DNA from: Dehalococcoidia bacterium
Lineage (GTDB): Bacteria; Chloroflexota; Dehalococcoidia; Plut-88900
Reading direction: 5' to 3'
NCBI GenBank assembly: GCA_965207225.1
Contig: CBDBLV010000005.1
Span: 672,001 to 736,000 of the forward strand
Length of the DNA: 64,000 nt
Shown here: positions 29,074 to 44,510 of the stretch, one piece after another
How positions within the stretch are numbered: position 1 is the stretch's first letter
How the letters are laid out: every line of letters begins with the position of its first letter
Notes under the pieces: model-generated
The model's input: only the letters and a program-made list of their open reading frames with translations
What the model was told of the DNA's origin: nothing
The model's database searches: none
Made by a program: the position numbers and the translations under genes

Positions 29074-29303
29074 ATCCTGCGGTCGAACAAATATCTGAAA
29101 ATAAAAGGAGGAACCAAAAACTTAGGGAAGCCCCCGAGACCCCACCCGAGGACTCAACGCCCTAGCCCATCCCAATACCTCTCGCCTCCCATAGGGAGGC
29201 GACCGGCCAATCGCCCCCCTTGCGAGGCAGGAAGGTTGCGGCACAAGCGAACAGCGCCATCTCCTCATCCCTTCGGGTCCCGTGCCCCTTCCCCACCCAT
29301 CCA

Positions 29304-29614
29304 GGCGATGGAAGGTCCACAACATTAACCGGCACGCCCCTCATATAGGAGCCCTGCCGAAAAACCTCGGGCCTTATGGCCCTTGGAAAAATCTCCCCCG
29401 TCGTTCCCCTCGGAGATTCCCATTAACCCAGCGACGGCAGCGAGAAAACGTGTTCCCCACCCCTCCGAGTGGGTCGAGCCAAACTGAAAAACTGGTGGTA
29501 GAGATGCCCTCTGGCGAGAAGTCCTCGCTTGTCTGCCACGTAACAACAGGAACACGGGGCTGAACCAGGCTGGCCTCCCGCCCCCTGAAACTGAGTCCCG
29601 GACCTTCCATCGCC
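29304..29614 (+). ncRNA. Candidate large structured RNA (or MITE-like folded element), family unrecognised
   Basis: Perfect 15-bp terminal inverted repeat, 7 or more nested helices, A-rich linkers on the + strand and no convincing ORF. Confidence 0.45.
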
Positions 29615-29677
29615 GACCCTCTCCAAAACAGACAAAACGAAAACCGAGACCCCAAAACCGAATAACCGACCTCAACC

Positions 29678-29755
29678 GCCATTCCCGACCCTGATCGGGA
29701 ATCCATCCCACGGGTGCGGCCGCTCATGCTGAGCGTAGTCGAAGTACGAGCGGGG
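29678..29755 (+). repeat. Family F hairpin (ATTCCCGA-ccctga-TCGGGAATCC) and a family C copy
   Basis: Resembles 28637-28684 and 213-273. Confidence 0.75.
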
Positions 29756-29893
29756 AGGCGAGGCTAGAGTGAAGAGCCAAGTGTTGATTTCCCTTAAACA
29801 ATCAAAGCCGTGCTTGAAAACGCAAAACAATCAAAACCCAGCAACTGAAGAAAGCCCTGGCGCATCACTAATCTGTCGGGCCGGTTCGCCCTG

Positions 29894-29922
29894 TTGACAA
29901 CCTTGACAAAGGGTGCTATCAT
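29894..29922 (+). promoter_or_regulatory. sigma70 promoter of rpoBC
   Basis: TTGACA, 17-nt spacer, TGc-TATCAT. Confidence 0.75.
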
Positions 29923-30060
29923 GGCAGGTCGAATGCAGTACTGCGTGGGCCCCTGCCCCATTCCTAGCTCAGCCCCCCCAGCTGACCAATTGTACTCACC
30001 CCTCACCTAGTTTAGGCATAGGTATTTTAATATCCGTTTGCCTTGGAGGTTCTAGCCGCG

Positions 30061-33000
30061 ATGGTCTCCACTCTCCCCGCGCCCGAAGCCCTCGACCGCT
30101 CCCGTGTCTCCTTCGCCAAGCTCCCCGAAGTCCTCGAAATTCCCAGCCTGATCCTCGTCCAGCTGGACTCCTACGAATGGTTCCGTAAAGAAGGCCTCAA
30201 GGAACTCTTCGAAAAGGTCTCGCCTATCTCCGACTACGCCGGCGGCAGGTTCGACCTCCACTTCCTCGACTACGAGTTCCGGGATCCCACCAAGGACATC
30301 GACGCGGACGGCGAACCCCTCCCCTGCCCCTTGGGCAACCCCGACTGCCATAAGAAGCACTTCCCCAAGTACGACGAGAGTGAATGCCGTCTCCGGGACG
30401 CCACTTACGCAGCCCCCCTCTACGTCAAGGTCCAGCTTGTAATCAAGCAGACCGGCGAGGTCAAGGAGCAGGAATTGTTCATGGGGGACATCCCCCTTAT
30501 GACCTCCCAGGGTACCTTCATCATCAACGGCGCCGAGCGTGTGGTAGTCAGCCAGCTCGTCCGGTCCCCCGGCGTCTACTTCACCACGGACACCGACCCC
30601 TCAACCGGCCGTGGCCTCTGCTCCGCCAAGCTCATACCCAACCGGGGCGCTTGGCTCGAACTGGAGACCAGCAACAAGAACCTCATCTCTGCCAAGGTCG
30701 ATAGGAAGAGAAAGATCCCTGTCACTACCCTGCTCCGTTGCATCGGCTACGGGGAAAATAAGTCCATCAGGGAGCTCTTCAAAGACATCGACCTTGATGA
30801 CGAACATTCCTACATTGAAAGGACTCTCGAAAAAGACGGCGGCATCGAGTCCCGTGAAGAAGCCCTTATCGAACTCTACCGCCGCATCCGCCCCGGCGAG
30901 CCCCCCACCGTCGAAAACGCCGAAAACCTCCTCAAGGCCCTCTTCTTCAACCCCCGCCGCTACGACTTCGGGAAGGTTGGCCGTTACAAGGTCAACAAGA
31001 GGCTCGGCACGGAACTCCTCAAGGCCGCAGGCTTGGATGACGATGAAGCTCGAAAAGTCTACCCTGTCGTGGCCCCCGGCATCGTCGATGAAGACGCCGT
31101 CCGCTCCCTCCTTCCCGAAGACAAAGCCGACAAGGTCATCGAAGTCCTCAGCAACCGCGCCCTCAACAATGAAGATCTCCTTGCAATCGTTCGCAAGGTC
31201 ATCCTGGTCAACCAGGGCAAGGACACCGTCGACGACATCGACCACCTGGGCAACCGGCGGGTGAAGGGTGTCGGCGAGCTTATCCAGAACCAGTTCCGCA
31301 TCGGCCTCATGCGTATGGAGCGGGTAGTCCGTGAGCGCATGACCCTTACAGAGGCCGAGACCGCCATGGCCCAGGCCCTGGTCAACGTCCGACCTATCGT
31401 AGCTGCCATAAAGGAATTCTTCGGCGGCTCCCAGCTTTCCCAGTTCATGGACCAGACCAACCCCCTCGCCGAGCTCACCCACAAGCGCCGCCTCTCAACC
31501 CTCGGCCCCGGCGGACTATCCAGGGAACGCGCCGGCTTCGACGTCCGGGACGTCCATCACTCCCACTATGGCCGCATCTGCCCCATCGAAACCCCGGAAG
31601 GCCCCAACATCGGCCTCCTTGGCTCCCTCGCCACCTATTCCATTATCAATGAATACGGTTTCATAGAGACTCCTTACCGCAGAGTGCTAACGGAGGTCCC
31701 CTGCGATTCCGAGGAACTGCTGGGCAAGACCCTCACCGAAAAGGTCATGGGCACCGACGGCAAGGCAATCGCCAAGGCTGGCAGGGTGATTTCCAAGGCC
31801 TTGGCCACCAGAATAAAGAAACTCGAGGGCGTCACCGTCAAGGTCCAGCCCTTCGTTTCTTCAAAGATCGACTACCTGGCTGCCGATGAAGAAGAGCAGT
31901 TTGTCATTGCCCAGGCCAACTCGCCCCTTGACGACCAGAACCAGTTCACCACCGACAGAATCGAAGCCCGTTTCGGTGAGTCCACCAGGATAGAGACCCC
32001 CGAACGCGTCGACTTCATGGACGTGTCCCCCAAGCAGATCGTAAGCGTGTCCACCTCCCTGATTCCCTTCCTGGAACACGACGATGCCAACCGTGCTCTC
32101 ATGGGCTCCAACATGCAAAGGCAGGCCGTCCCCCTCCTCCGCCCCGAGTCCCCCCTTATCGGTACAGGCATGGAGGCCTACGTCGCCAAGGACAGCGGCC
32201 AGGTCTGCGTCGCCGCTGCTGATGGCATCGTCGTGTCCGTCTCCGGGGACGCCATCATGGTCAAGGAAGACGAAGGTGGCCTGCGGGAGTACTCACTTCT
32301 CAAGTTCATGCGTAGCAACCAGGGCACCTGCATAAACCAGAGGCCCATTGTCCGCAAGGGCGACAAGGTGCGTCGCGGCCAGGTCCTCGCCGATAGCTCG
32401 TCCACCGAGAGGGGAGAGCTCGCTCTCGGCCAGAATGTTCTCTGCGCCTTCATGAGTTGGGAGGGCTACAACTACGAAGACGCCATTGTCATCAGCGAAC
32501 GAGTCGTCAGGGAGGACAAGTTCACCTCCATCCATATTGAAAAGCACGAAGTAGAGGCCCGGGACACCAAGCTCGGCCCCGAGGAGATTACCCAGGACAT
32601 ACCCAACGTGGGTGAAGAAAGCCTCGCCGACCTCGACGAGGAAGGCATCATTAGGATCGGTGCCGTGGTCGGCCCCGGCGACATCCTGGTCGGCAAAATC
32701 ACCCCCAAGGGTGAGACCGAGCTCACCGCCGAAGAAAAACTCCTCCGTGCAATCTTCGGCGAAAAGGCACGGGAGGTGAAGGACACCTGCCTCCGTGTCC
32801 CCCACGGCGAACAGGGCAAAGTCATCGACGTTAAGAAATTTACCCGCGACGATAAAGACGAGCTGGCGCCCGGCGTTAACCAGATGGTTCGAGTCTGGGT
32901 AGCCCACACCCGGAAGATCGCAGAGGGCGACAAAATGGCCGGACGCCACGGCAATAAGGGCGTCATAGCCGTCATCCTCCCCGAAGAAGAAATGCCCTTC

Positions 33001-33999
33001 CTCCCCGATGGCACCCCCATCGATATCGTCCTCAACCCCATCGGTGTCCCCTCCCGGATGAACCTCGGCCAGATCTTGGAGACCCACCTCGGTCTCGCCG
33101 CCCAGGCCCTCGGCTTCAAGGTCACCACACCTGTCTTCGACGGCGCCAGCGACACCTCAATCGAAGATGCCCTCTCCAAGATGTGGATCATCGACCGCGC
33201 TGAATCCTCCCTCTCCCATCCCGGAAACGGTGCCGGCCCCCAGAACGGACAGGTAGCTATCGATTGGCTGAATCAGAAAGGTTTCGACGGAGCTCAGGTC
33301 ATGGGCGATGACAGCCCTGGCTTGCCCAGAGAGGTCTGCTTGAAGCTCTGGTTCGAGGAACTGGGTGTCGATGTTTCGAACGCCGGCCCCGACGAGCTCA
33401 ATTCCAGGCTCACCCAGGCCATCTCCGACCAGGACCTCATACCCCCCTTCTTCGGCAAGACCCTCCTCCGGGACGGCCGCACCGGCGAACCCTTCGACCA
33501 GCCAATAACCGTTGGGCCCATCTACATGATGAAGCTTATACACCTGGTCGAGGACAAGATCCATGCCCGGTCCACGGGGCCCTACTCCCTCATCACCCAG
33601 CAGCCCCTAGGTGGTAAGGCCCAGTTCGGTGGACAGCGCTTCGGAGAGATGGAGGTGTGGGCCCTGGAGGCCTACAGCGCCGCCCATCTTCTCCAGGAAA
33701 TGCTGACCGTCAAGTCCGACGACGTTGCAGGTCGCGTCAAAACTTACGAATCCATAGTCAAGGGCGAGGACGTATTCCAGCCCGGCGTCCCCGAGTCCTT
33801 CAGGGTCCTCCAGAAAGAACTCCAGAGCCTTGGCCTCTCCGTCGAGCTCCTCAGCGAAGAAACCGAGGACTCCCTCCTCGATGACGGCCTGGACGAGTCC
33901 GAGGATGGCCTGTCCGGAGAGTTGGACATCATGGCCCAGCTCGGTCCCGATCCCGACGAATCAGACGCCGAACAGTCCGAACAAGAAGAGGTGTTATAG
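30061..33999 (+). CDS. rpoB: RNA polymerase beta subunit
   Basis: [38 protein letters not shown] and [11 protein letters not shown]; GGAGG RBS favours ATG 30061. Confidence 0.99.
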   Translation: MVSTLPAPEALDRSRVSFAKLPEVLEIPSLILVQLDSYEWFRKEGLKELFEKVSPISDYAGGRFDLHFLDYEFRDPTKDIDADGEPLPCPLGNPDCHKKHFPKYDESECRLRDATYAAPLYVKVQLVIKQTGEVKEQELFMGDIPLMTSQGTFIINGAERVVVSQLVRSPGVYFTTDTDPSTGRGLCSAKLIPNRGAWLELETSNKNLISAKVDRKRKIPVTTLLRCIGYGENKSIRELFKDIDLDDEHSYIERTLEKDGGIESREEALIELYRRIRPGEPPTVENAENLLKALFFNPRRYDFGKVGRYKVNKRLGTELLKAAGLDDDEARKVYPVVAPGIVDEDAVRSLLPEDKADKVIEVLSNRALNNEDLLAIVRKVILVNQGKDTVDDIDHLGNRRVKGVGELIQNQFRIGLMRMERVVRERMTLTEAETAMAQALVNVRPIVAAIKEFFGGSQLSQFMDQTNPLAELTHKRRLSTLGPGGLSRERAGFDVRDVHHSHYGRICPIETPEGPNIGLLGSLATYSIINEYGFIETPYRRVLTEVPCDSEELLGKTLTEKVMGTDGKAIAKAGRVISKALATRIKKLEGVTVKVQPFVSSKIDYLAADEEEQFVIAQANSPLDDQNQFTTDRIEARFGESTRIETPERVDFMDVSPKQIVSVSTSLIPFLEHDDANRALMGSNMQRQAVPLLRPESPLIGTGMEAYVAKDSGQVCVAAADGIVVSVSGDAIMVKEDEGGLREYSLLKFMRSNQGTCINQRPIVRKGDKVRRGQVLADSSSTERGELALGQNVLCAFMSWEGYNYEDAIVISERVVREDKFTSIHIEKHEVEARDTKLGPEEITQDIPNVGEESLADLDEEGIIRIGAVVGPGDILVGKITPKGETELTAEEKLLRAIFGEKAREVKDTCLRVPHGEQGKVIDVKKFTRDDKDELAPGVNQMVRVWVAHTRKIAEGDKMAGRHGNKGVIAVILPEEEMPFLPDGTPIDIVLNPIGVPSRMNLGQILETHLGLAAQALGFKVTTPVFDGASDTSIEDALSKMWIIDRAESSLSHPGNGAGPQNGQVAIDWLNQKGFDGAQVMGDDSPGLPREVCLKLWFEELGVDVSNAGPDELNSRLTQAISDQDLIPPFFGKTLLRDGRTGEPFDQPITVGPIYMMKLIHLVEDKIHARSTGPYSLITQQPLGGKAQFGGQRFGEMEVWALEAYSAAHLLQEMLTVKSDDVAGRVKTYESIVKGEDVFQPGVPESFRVLQKELQSLGLSVELLSEETEDSLLDDGLDESEDGLSGELDIMAQLGPDPDESDAEQSEQEEVL

Positions 34000-34002
34000 C
34001 CC

Positions 34003-38277
<4,275 letters not shown>

Positions 38278-39219
38278 ATGACAACAGCCGTAAAGAGGGA
38301 CCTTTCGGTCAACCTCGCTCCTCTGCATCCCGGCGGGCTGGTGATAACCAACCCCGTTATCGGTGCGTCGGGGACCGTTGCCTACGGCAAGGAGTTAGGA
38401 CAGGTCTCGGACCTTTCTCGGATTGGTGCCATAGTCTGCAAGGGCATCACCCGACGCCCCCGCCTCGGCAACCCCCAACCCCGCCTCGCCGAGACCGCAT
38501 CGGGCCTCCTTAATACCATCGGCCTTCAGAATGTCGGAGCAGAGGCCGCCGCAGAGGATCTCGCTCCTATCTGGGCAACCTGGCCCATAAAAGTCATCGC
38601 CAACATCTCTGGCGAGACCGCCGCCGAGTTCGGTGAAATCGCCCGCATCCTGGACGGCCGACCCGGCATCAGCGCCCTGGAAGTGAACATAGGCTGCCCC
38701 AACGTGGAACGCGGAGGTCTGGAATTCGGCGTCGACGCCCTTGCCGCCGCCCGAGTCACCCAAACCGTCAAAAAGTCCTCCTCCCTTCCCGTAATGGTCA
38801 AGCTGACCCCCAACGTCACCGATATCACTCAAATCTGCAGGGCCGTCGTAGACAGTGGCGCCGACTGCATCTCGCTTGTGAACACCTTTGTGGGCCTCTC
38901 CATAGACGTCCCCAGGCGCAGACCCGCCTTGAGCACGGTGACCGGCGGCCTATCGGGGCCCGCCATCAAGCCCTTGGCCCTTGCCATGGTCTACAAGGCT
39001 GCGGGCGCAGTGGACGTTCCCGTTATTGGAATGGGCGGCATCGCCAATGCCCAGGACGCCCTGGAGTTCATCATGGCAGGAGCAATGGCCGTGCAGGTCG
39101 GCACCGCCAATTTCACGAACCCCACGGCCTGCATCGAAGTCGCCGACGGCATCCGCAAGTTCATGGAGCGGGAAGGATTGGACATCCTCTCCACCATCGT
39201 TGGAGCCGCGAGGGTCTAG
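38278..39219 (+). CDS. pyrD: Dihydroorotate dehydrogenase, family 1B catalytic subunit
   Basis: ASGT, GNPQPRLAE, NIGCPNV, KLTPN and GGLSGPAIKP. Confidence 0.95.
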   Translation: MTTAVKRDLSVNLAPLHPGGLVITNPVIGASGTVAYGKELGQVSDLSRIGAIVCKGITRRPRLGNPQPRLAETASGLLNTIGLQNVGAEAAAEDLAPIWATWPIKVIANISGETAAEFGEIARILDGRPGISALEVNIGCPNVERGGLEFGVDALAAARVTQTVKKSSSLPVMVKLTPNVTDITQICRAVVDSGADCISLVNTFVGLSIDVPRRRPALSTVTGGLSGPAIKPLALAMVYKAAGAVDVPVIGMGGIANAQDALEFIMAGAMAVQVGTANFTNPTACIEVADGIRKFMEREGLDILSTIVGAARV

Positions 39220-39340
39220 ACTTCTCAGTCCCGAAACGGCCTTTATCTCCCATGGCTTTGTGATAGAATTATTGACACTTTCATGTTGAATACCCGGCTC
39301 TCGACTCATTCCGACTGAAAGGCTTCAAGGAGGGGCAAAG

Positions 39341-40222
39341 ATGGACAAGGGGACTTGGAAAGTTAAGGCAGGGCTCGCCCAGATGCTCAAGGGTGGCGTT
39401 ATCATGGATGTCGTCACTCCCGAGCAGGCGAAAATCGCCGAGGACGCCGGCGCATGTGCCGTTATGGCTCTCGAACGGGTCCCCGCCGACATCCGGAAGG
39501 ACGGCGGCGTCGCTAGGATGTCGGACCCCAGGATAATCAAGGACATCAAGGATGCTGTAACTATCCCAGTCATGGCCAAGTGCCGTATCGGCCACTTCGC
39601 CGAAGCCCAGGTCCTTGAAGCCATCGCCATCGACTATATCGACGAGTCTGAAGTCCTCACCCCCGCCGATGAGAAGCACCACGTCTGGAAGCACAACTTC
39701 CGCGTCCCCTTCGTCTGCGGCTGCCGTAACCTCGGCGAGGCCCTTCGCCGCATCGACGAAGGCGCCGCCATGATCAGGACCAAGGGTGAGGCCGGCACCG
39801 GTGACATCGTAGAGGCGGTCAAACACCTCCGTTCCGTCCTAGGCGGCATTGACCAACTACGTGAACTGGACGATGACCAGCTCACCGTTGCCGCCGAGGA
39901 GATGCGTGCCTCCCGAGAACTTGTCGCCGAGGTCCGGGAAACCGGCAAGCTCCCCGTCGTCAACTTCTGCGCCGGTGGTGTCGCCACCCCCGCCGATGCC
40001 GCCCTCGTAATGCAGCTCGGTGCAGAAGGCGTCTTCGTCGGCTCCGGTATCTTCAAGTCGGAAGACCCCGCCCCTCGCGCCAGGGCCATTGTCGAAGCCA
40101 CCACTCACTACCAGGACCCCGATATCGTAGCCCGCGTCTCCGAAGGCCTCGGCGAACCCATGAGGGGAATGTCCGCCAAAGACCTCCCCCCCGAGGCTCT
40201 CCTGGCTTCCAGGGGCTGGTAG
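39341..40222 (+). CDS. pdxS: PLP synthase lyase subunit
   Basis: [25 protein letters not shown] and FVGSGIFKS. Confidence 0.98.
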   Translation: MDKGTWKVKAGLAQMLKGGVIMDVVTPEQAKIAEDAGACAVMALERVPADIRKDGGVARMSDPRIIKDIKDAVTIPVMAKCRIGHFAEAQVLEAIAIDYIDESEVLTPADEKHHVWKHNFRVPFVCGCRNLGEALRRIDEGAAMIRTKGEAGTGDIVEAVKHLRSVLGGIDQLRELDDDQLTVAAEEMRASRELVAEVRETGKLPVVNFCAGGVATPADAALVMQLGAEGVFVGSGIFKSEDPAPRARAIVEATTHYQDPDIVARVSEGLGEPMRGMSAKDLPPEALLASRGW

Positions 40223-40246
40223 CCACACGGAGGTGTTCCTTCTCGT

Positions 40247-40822
40247 ATGGAGAAGGTAGGAGTCCTGGCTATCCAGGGAGACTTCGCCGAGCACTGTAAG
40301 ATTTTCAGGGACTTGGGTGTCCAGGCCCCCGAAATCCGGTTGCCCGACCAGCTTGACGATGTCGATGCCCTCGTCATCCCCGGCGGTGAAAGCACCACCA
40401 TCACCAAGCTCATGGATATCTATGGCTTGGTGGACCCAATCAAGCGGTTCGTACGGTCGGGCAGACCGCTGTGGGGCACCTGCGCTGGTATGATCGTCTC
40501 CTCCCGCCACGTCGTCGGAGATGTCTTGGTACCTATGGACCTCATAGACCTGGACGTCAGGAGAAACGCCTTTGGCTCCCAGATCGACAGCTTCGAAGCA
40601 GACTTGCCCGTACCTGCCATCGGAGACCCTCCCTTCCACGCCGTTTTCATCCGCGCCCCGTGGATCGAAAGAATGGGCCCTGATGTCGAGCTTATCTCCA
40701 GTCTGAATGATGGCACTCCCGTCGCAGCTCGCCAGGACAACGTCATGGTTACCTCCTTCCACCCTGAACTCACTGAAGACACCCGGTTCCACAACATGTT
40801 CCTGCAAATGGGCCAAGGTTGA
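40247..40822 (+). CDS. pdxT: PLP synthase glutaminase subunit
   Basis: PGGEST, GTCAG, FIRAP and FHPEL. Confidence 0.97.
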   Translation: MEKVGVLAIQGDFAEHCKIFRDLGVQAPEIRLPDQLDDVDALVIPGGESTTITKLMDIYGLVDPIKRFVRSGRPLWGTCAGMIVSSRHVVGDVLVPMDLIDLDVRRNAFGSQIDSFEADLPVPAIGDPPFHAVFIRAPWIERMGPDVELISSLNDGTPVAARQDNVMVTSFHPELTEDTRFHNMFLQMGQG

Positions 40823-40873
40823 AGGGAGCTTCTCAGCGCGAGAGCACTCAGAATACCGTCGATTCCGGGGAAG

Positions 40874-41809
40874 ATGATAAGGACTTTCAACCCGTTCGAT
40901 CTCATCAGGCTGGCTATCTCCGGCATTGGTAACCTGCAGAATCTGGCCAAGCCTCACAGGGAGTTGGATCCTGTCCGGTTTCGGGTTATGGACCTTGTTT
41001 CCATCAAGCCGCTGCTGGGATTGGCGCCTCGCAGATATGCCTATGTGCAGACTAGAGGATTGAAGATAAGGGGAGTCGCCCTCGCTCAACACCTGAGGGG
41101 CTCTACGATCTGGGAGGTCATCATCCTCGCCGCCCCCCCCGACTCCCGAAACTCCATAATGGATCTGCTCAACGGCCTGACACTGGGCGCAGGGCAGAAA
41201 GGCGTAGACCGCCTTTTCTTGAGAATTGTGGGCGCCAGCCCTTGCCGTGACGGCGTTAGCGCCGCTGGATTCTCATTCTACCTCCAGGAATACCTATACC
41301 GGCGTAACATCCGGAACACCTCCTCCACCGAGCCTGGCGTTCCCGGCCTTGCATTGCAGCCCGTGACCAGGGGCAATGAATTCAGCGTCTACCAGATCTA
41401 CAACGCCGTCTTTCCCTATCATGTTCGCGAGGTCGAGGGACAGACCCTGGAGTACTGGAAACAGACCCGAGACCGCAATTGGCAAGGTCGCAATGCTGGC
41501 CAGTTCCTGGTCCTCCACCATGGTCAGGTCGTCGGCTGGGTCGGCACCCGGGAGCAGGGACGGTTTGGCTATTTCAATGTCATGATAAGGCCCGGGTCTC
41601 CGGTCTCCTTCGAAGATGTGCTGCCCATGGTCGAAAGCCGCCTGTCCCACTTGGACACCTTGTTATGCCTCGCCTCGGAATTCGCAAACTCCTTGATGGT
41701 CGCTATGGAGGCTCGCGGCTATACTTTAGTTGAGGAGTACTCTAGGGCCGTGCGACGAGTCACCGCCCGGATTAAGAGGCCGTCCCTGGTCCCTATAGGT
41801 GCCGAATAG
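40874..41809 (+). CDS. Hypothetical protein, possible tandem GNAT-like fold
   Basis: 311-aa ORF filling the gap, with two similar halves ending AAGF and ARGY; the fold is inferred. Confidence 0.65.
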   Translation: MIRTFNPFDLIRLAISGIGNLQNLAKPHRELDPVRFRVMDLVSIKPLLGLAPRRYAYVQTRGLKIRGVALAQHLRGSTIWEVIILAAPPDSRNSIMDLLNGLTLGAGQKGVDRLFLRIVGASPCRDGVSAAGFSFYLQEYLYRRNIRNTSSTEPGVPGLALQPVTRGNEFSVYQIYNAVFPYHVREVEGQTLEYWKQTRDRNWQGRNAGQFLVLHHGQVVGWVGTREQGRFGYFNVMIRPGSPVSFEDVLPMVESRLSHLDTLLCLASEFANSLMVAMEARGYTLVEEYSRAVRRVTARIKRPSLVPIGAE

Positions 41810-41822
41810 CAAACACTAAGGG

Positions 41823-43382
41823 ATGACTGTGCTAGACAAGCAAATCACCGATGACCTGGAAGCGCTGCTTGAAGCCCTTCCCCCCCACCTCCAGCGACCC
41901 CTCCGGCTAAGGCCCGACTCCAAAGACCTCTTGGAAGTGGTTATGGACCTGGGTCGCAAACCGGAGGCTCGTTTCCCCACCGGTGAGGTCTGCCTCTGCG
42001 ACTCTGAGGTCTCGGATGACGACCTTGACTACGTCGTCCAGCGCATCGGCAGCTTCGGTGATGACAACCGCGCCGGCATCGAAAGGACCCTCCACCGCAT
42101 CTCCGCCCTCAGAAACCGCAAGGGCAAGATAGTGGGCCTTACCTGCCGGGTCGGCAGAGCCGTATACGGCACGATTACCATCATCGAAGACCTGGTCAAA
42201 TCTGGGAAGAGCATTCTTCTCCTTGGAAGGCCCGGCGTCGGCAAGACTACCATGCTTCGCGAAGTCGCCCGGGTCCTCGCCGACGGCATGCGTAAACGCG
42301 TCGTCATCGTCGACACCTCCAACGAGATCGCCGGAGACGGTGACATTCCCCATCCTGCCATCGGCCGCGCCCGACGCCTCCAGGTTCCCACCCCCACCCT
42401 CCAGCACGCCGTCATGATCGAAGCGGTGGAAAACCACATGCCCCAGGTCATCATCATTGACGAAATCGGCACCGAGCTTGAGGCCACAGCCGCCCGAACT
42501 ATAGGAGAACGGGGAGTCCAGCTTGTGGCCACCGCCCATGGCAACAACCTCGACAACCTCATCCTGAACCCGACCCTCTCTGACCTCATCGGTGGCATCC
42601 AGTCCGTGACCCTCGGCGATGACGAAGCCCGCCGCAGAGGGACTCAGAAGTCCATCTTGGAACGCAAAGCCCCCCCGACCTTCGACATTATCGTCGAAAT
42701 CCAAAGTTGGGAAAAAGTCGCCGTCCACCCTGATGTTGCCGCCACCGTAGACTCCACCCTCCGCCAACGGCCCGCCGCCCCCGAAGAACGTTGGCTTGAA
42801 GAAGACGGGGCCGTCGGCAAGAAAGCCGCCGTCCGCGCCGAAGCCCCTGCCCCCTCCCAGTCCCCCGAACGAAAGCCTAGGGCCCTCGCCGGAATCTCTC
42901 GCATTTATTCCTTTGGCGTCAATCGCGGACGTCTGGAAAGCGTCATTAAGAAGCTCAAGCTACCCGTAAGCTTGGTGGAGGGCTTCCGTGACGCTGATGT
43001 TGTGATAACCACTAAGACCTACTACCGCAAGAGGCCCCAGGCCCTCAGAGCCGCCGAGGCTGAGGGTGTCCCCATCTTCGTATTGCGCCGCAGCAGCGTC
43101 ACCCAGATTGAACAATACCTGATGTCCGTATTCGGCCTCGAAAAGCAGGGAGACGGAATCAATGCCGCTATCAGGGAGGCAGAGGACGCGGTCCGAATGA
43201 TCGAGACCGGAGAGGAGACCGTGGCCCTCAGCCCCCAGAGTAGCTTCATCCGCCGCCTACAGCATCAGACCGCCGAGCGCTCCAATCTCTCATCCTACAG
43301 CGTTGGCACTGACCCTTGGCGCCACGTCAACATCTCTCGATCCGGCAGCGTGCCGTCCAGGAGAAACCCGGCCCCCTATTAG
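41823..43382 (+). CDS. AAA ATPase with C-terminal R3H domain (Ycf45/SpoIIIAA-like)
   Basis: [26 protein letters not shown] and RRLQH. Confidence 0.92.
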   Translation: MTVLDKQITDDLEALLEALPPHLQRPLRLRPDSKDLLEVVMDLGRKPEARFPTGEVCLCDSEVSDDDLDYVVQRIGSFGDDNRAGIERTLHRISALRNRKGKIVGLTCRVGRAVYGTITIIEDLVKSGKSILLLGRPGVGKTTMLREVARVLADGMRKRVVIVDTSNEIAGDGDIPHPAIGRARRLQVPTPTLQHAVMIEAVENHMPQVIIIDEIGTELEATAARTIGERGVQLVATAHGNNLDNLILNPTLSDLIGGIQSVTLGDDEARRRGTQKSILERKAPPTFDIIVEIQSWEKVAVHPDVAATVDSTLRQRPAAPEERWLEEDGAVGKKAAVRAEAPAPSQSPERKPRALAGISRIYSFGVNRGRLESVIKKLKLPVSLVEGFRDADVVITTKTYYRKRPQALRAAEAEGVPIFVLRRSSVTQIEQYLMSVFGLEKQGDGINAAIREAEDAVRMIETGEETVALSPQSSFIRRLQHQTAERSNLSSYSVGTDPWRHVNISRSGSVPSRRNPAPY

Positions 43383-43399
43383 GCAGGCTGTCACATCTA

Positions 43400-44137
43400 A
43401 TGAGACTGTTCATCTCTTTCGAAGGGGGGGAAGCCACGGGCAAGTCGCTTCAAGCGCGACTGCTTCTTGGCCGCCTCCAGCGCATGGGATACAAGTGCTT
43501 CGCTGCCAGCGAGCCCGGAGGGACGCGGCTCGGCGAGTTTTTGAGGCCATTTATCAAGGGCGAGACAAGCCTTACTCCCGTCTCGGAACTGTTCTTGTTC
43601 TCCGCCTCTAGGGCTCAATTGGTTCACACTCACATCGAACCGAAGTTGCAGGAAGGGACCATCGTTATAGTTGACCGCTACATTGATTCCACCTTGGCCT
43701 ATCAGGGTTACGGATATGAGGACACCAGGGGTCGTCCCACACTCGAACAGATCCAGGCAATGAACGCTATCGCTGCCAAGCACATCATGCCTGACCTTAC
43801 CATCCTGCTTGACATGGACCCTGGTGAAGCCCTGTCCCGGAGGATGCTTCAACTCTCCTTTGGTAGTGGCGAAGAACCGGCCATGACCAAACCGCGGATA
43901 TATGACGAAGGGCAGAGCAAATTCGAAAACAAGGCAATGGCGTTTCACAAAAGAGTCCGCGATGGCTACCTGAGGCTGGCAAGGAGAGAGCCTGAAAGAT
44001 GGTTCGTCATTGATGCCCGTCAATCGATAGACGCCATTGAGATGACTATTTGGAACAAGGTAAAGCTTCTGATAGATGACAAAACCACAGACGAGCGCGA
44101 AAGCCAGAAAAATCTGGAGAATAGAAGGCTAATCTGA
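43400..44137 (+). CDS. tmk: Thymidylate kinase
   Basis: FISFEGGEATGKS, EPGGT, DRY..ST.AYQGYG and PDLTILLD; start at ATG 43400. Confidence 0.93.
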   Translation: MRLFISFEGGEATGKSLQARLLLGRLQRMGYKCFAASEPGGTRLGEFLRPFIKGETSLTPVSELFLFSASRAQLVHTHIEPKLQEGTIVIVDRYIDSTLAYQGYGYEDTRGRPTLEQIQAMNAIAAKHIMPDLTILLDMDPGEALSRRMLQLSFGSGEEPAMTKPRIYDEGQSKFENKAMAFHKRVRDGYLRLARREPERWFVIDARQSIDAIEMTIWNKVKLLIDDKTTDERESQKNLENRRLI

Positions 44138-44196
44138 GCCCTGGCAATAGACCAAGAAAAAAAGCGGCCAGGATCGATTCACCTCGGATTCGTTCC

Positions 44197-44439
44197 TTGG
44201 GCCCCTTCCTTCACCCCAATTTTGAACTCGCCATCTGGGCCCTCGCCGGCCTTGTGATAGGTGTCGCCCTCGGCGTTACAACTGTCGTTGCTATCATCAT
44301 TACAGTTCTCGTACTCGCAGCCATCGCCCGACTCTACTTCGAAAGGACCGAGAGAAGCATCCGACCAAGCATTGGCATGGTCCCCGTCTTCATCGGCTGC
44401 TACGGCATCGGCCTGTTCATCAAGGCCCTGATTAGCTGA
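44197..44439 (+). CDS. Small membrane protein, hypothetical
   Basis: 80 aa with about three hydrophobic segments. Confidence 0.65.
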   Translation: MGPFLHPNFELAIWALAGLVIGVALGVTTVVAIIITVLVLAAIARLYFERTERSIRPSIGMVPVFIGCYGIGLFIKALIS

Positions 44440-44480
44440 CTATTCCCGGAGCGCCCGGCCTCATCAATGCTCCTCTTTCC

Positions 44481-44510
44481 TTGACGTTCAACCCTCCTCA
44501 TTGGTATATT
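44481..44510 (+). promoter_or_regulatory. Putative sigma70 promoter of the nuo operon
   Basis: TTGACG, 18-nt spacer, TGg-TATATT. Confidence 0.55.

Noticed and set aside
29304-29614. RNase P RNA, tmRNA, group I intron, retron msr-msd or IS1595-type MITE
   Set aside because: The conserved signatures (GAGGAAAGUCC, tRNA-like ends, P7 GACU/AGUC context) were not found. There is no reverse transcriptase nearby and no flanking direct repeat, although the ends begin GGCnnTG.
29625-29670. AAAACAGA/AAAACGA/AAACCGA heptamer-like run
   Set aside because: A short degenerate low-complexity repeat with no further support as a feature.
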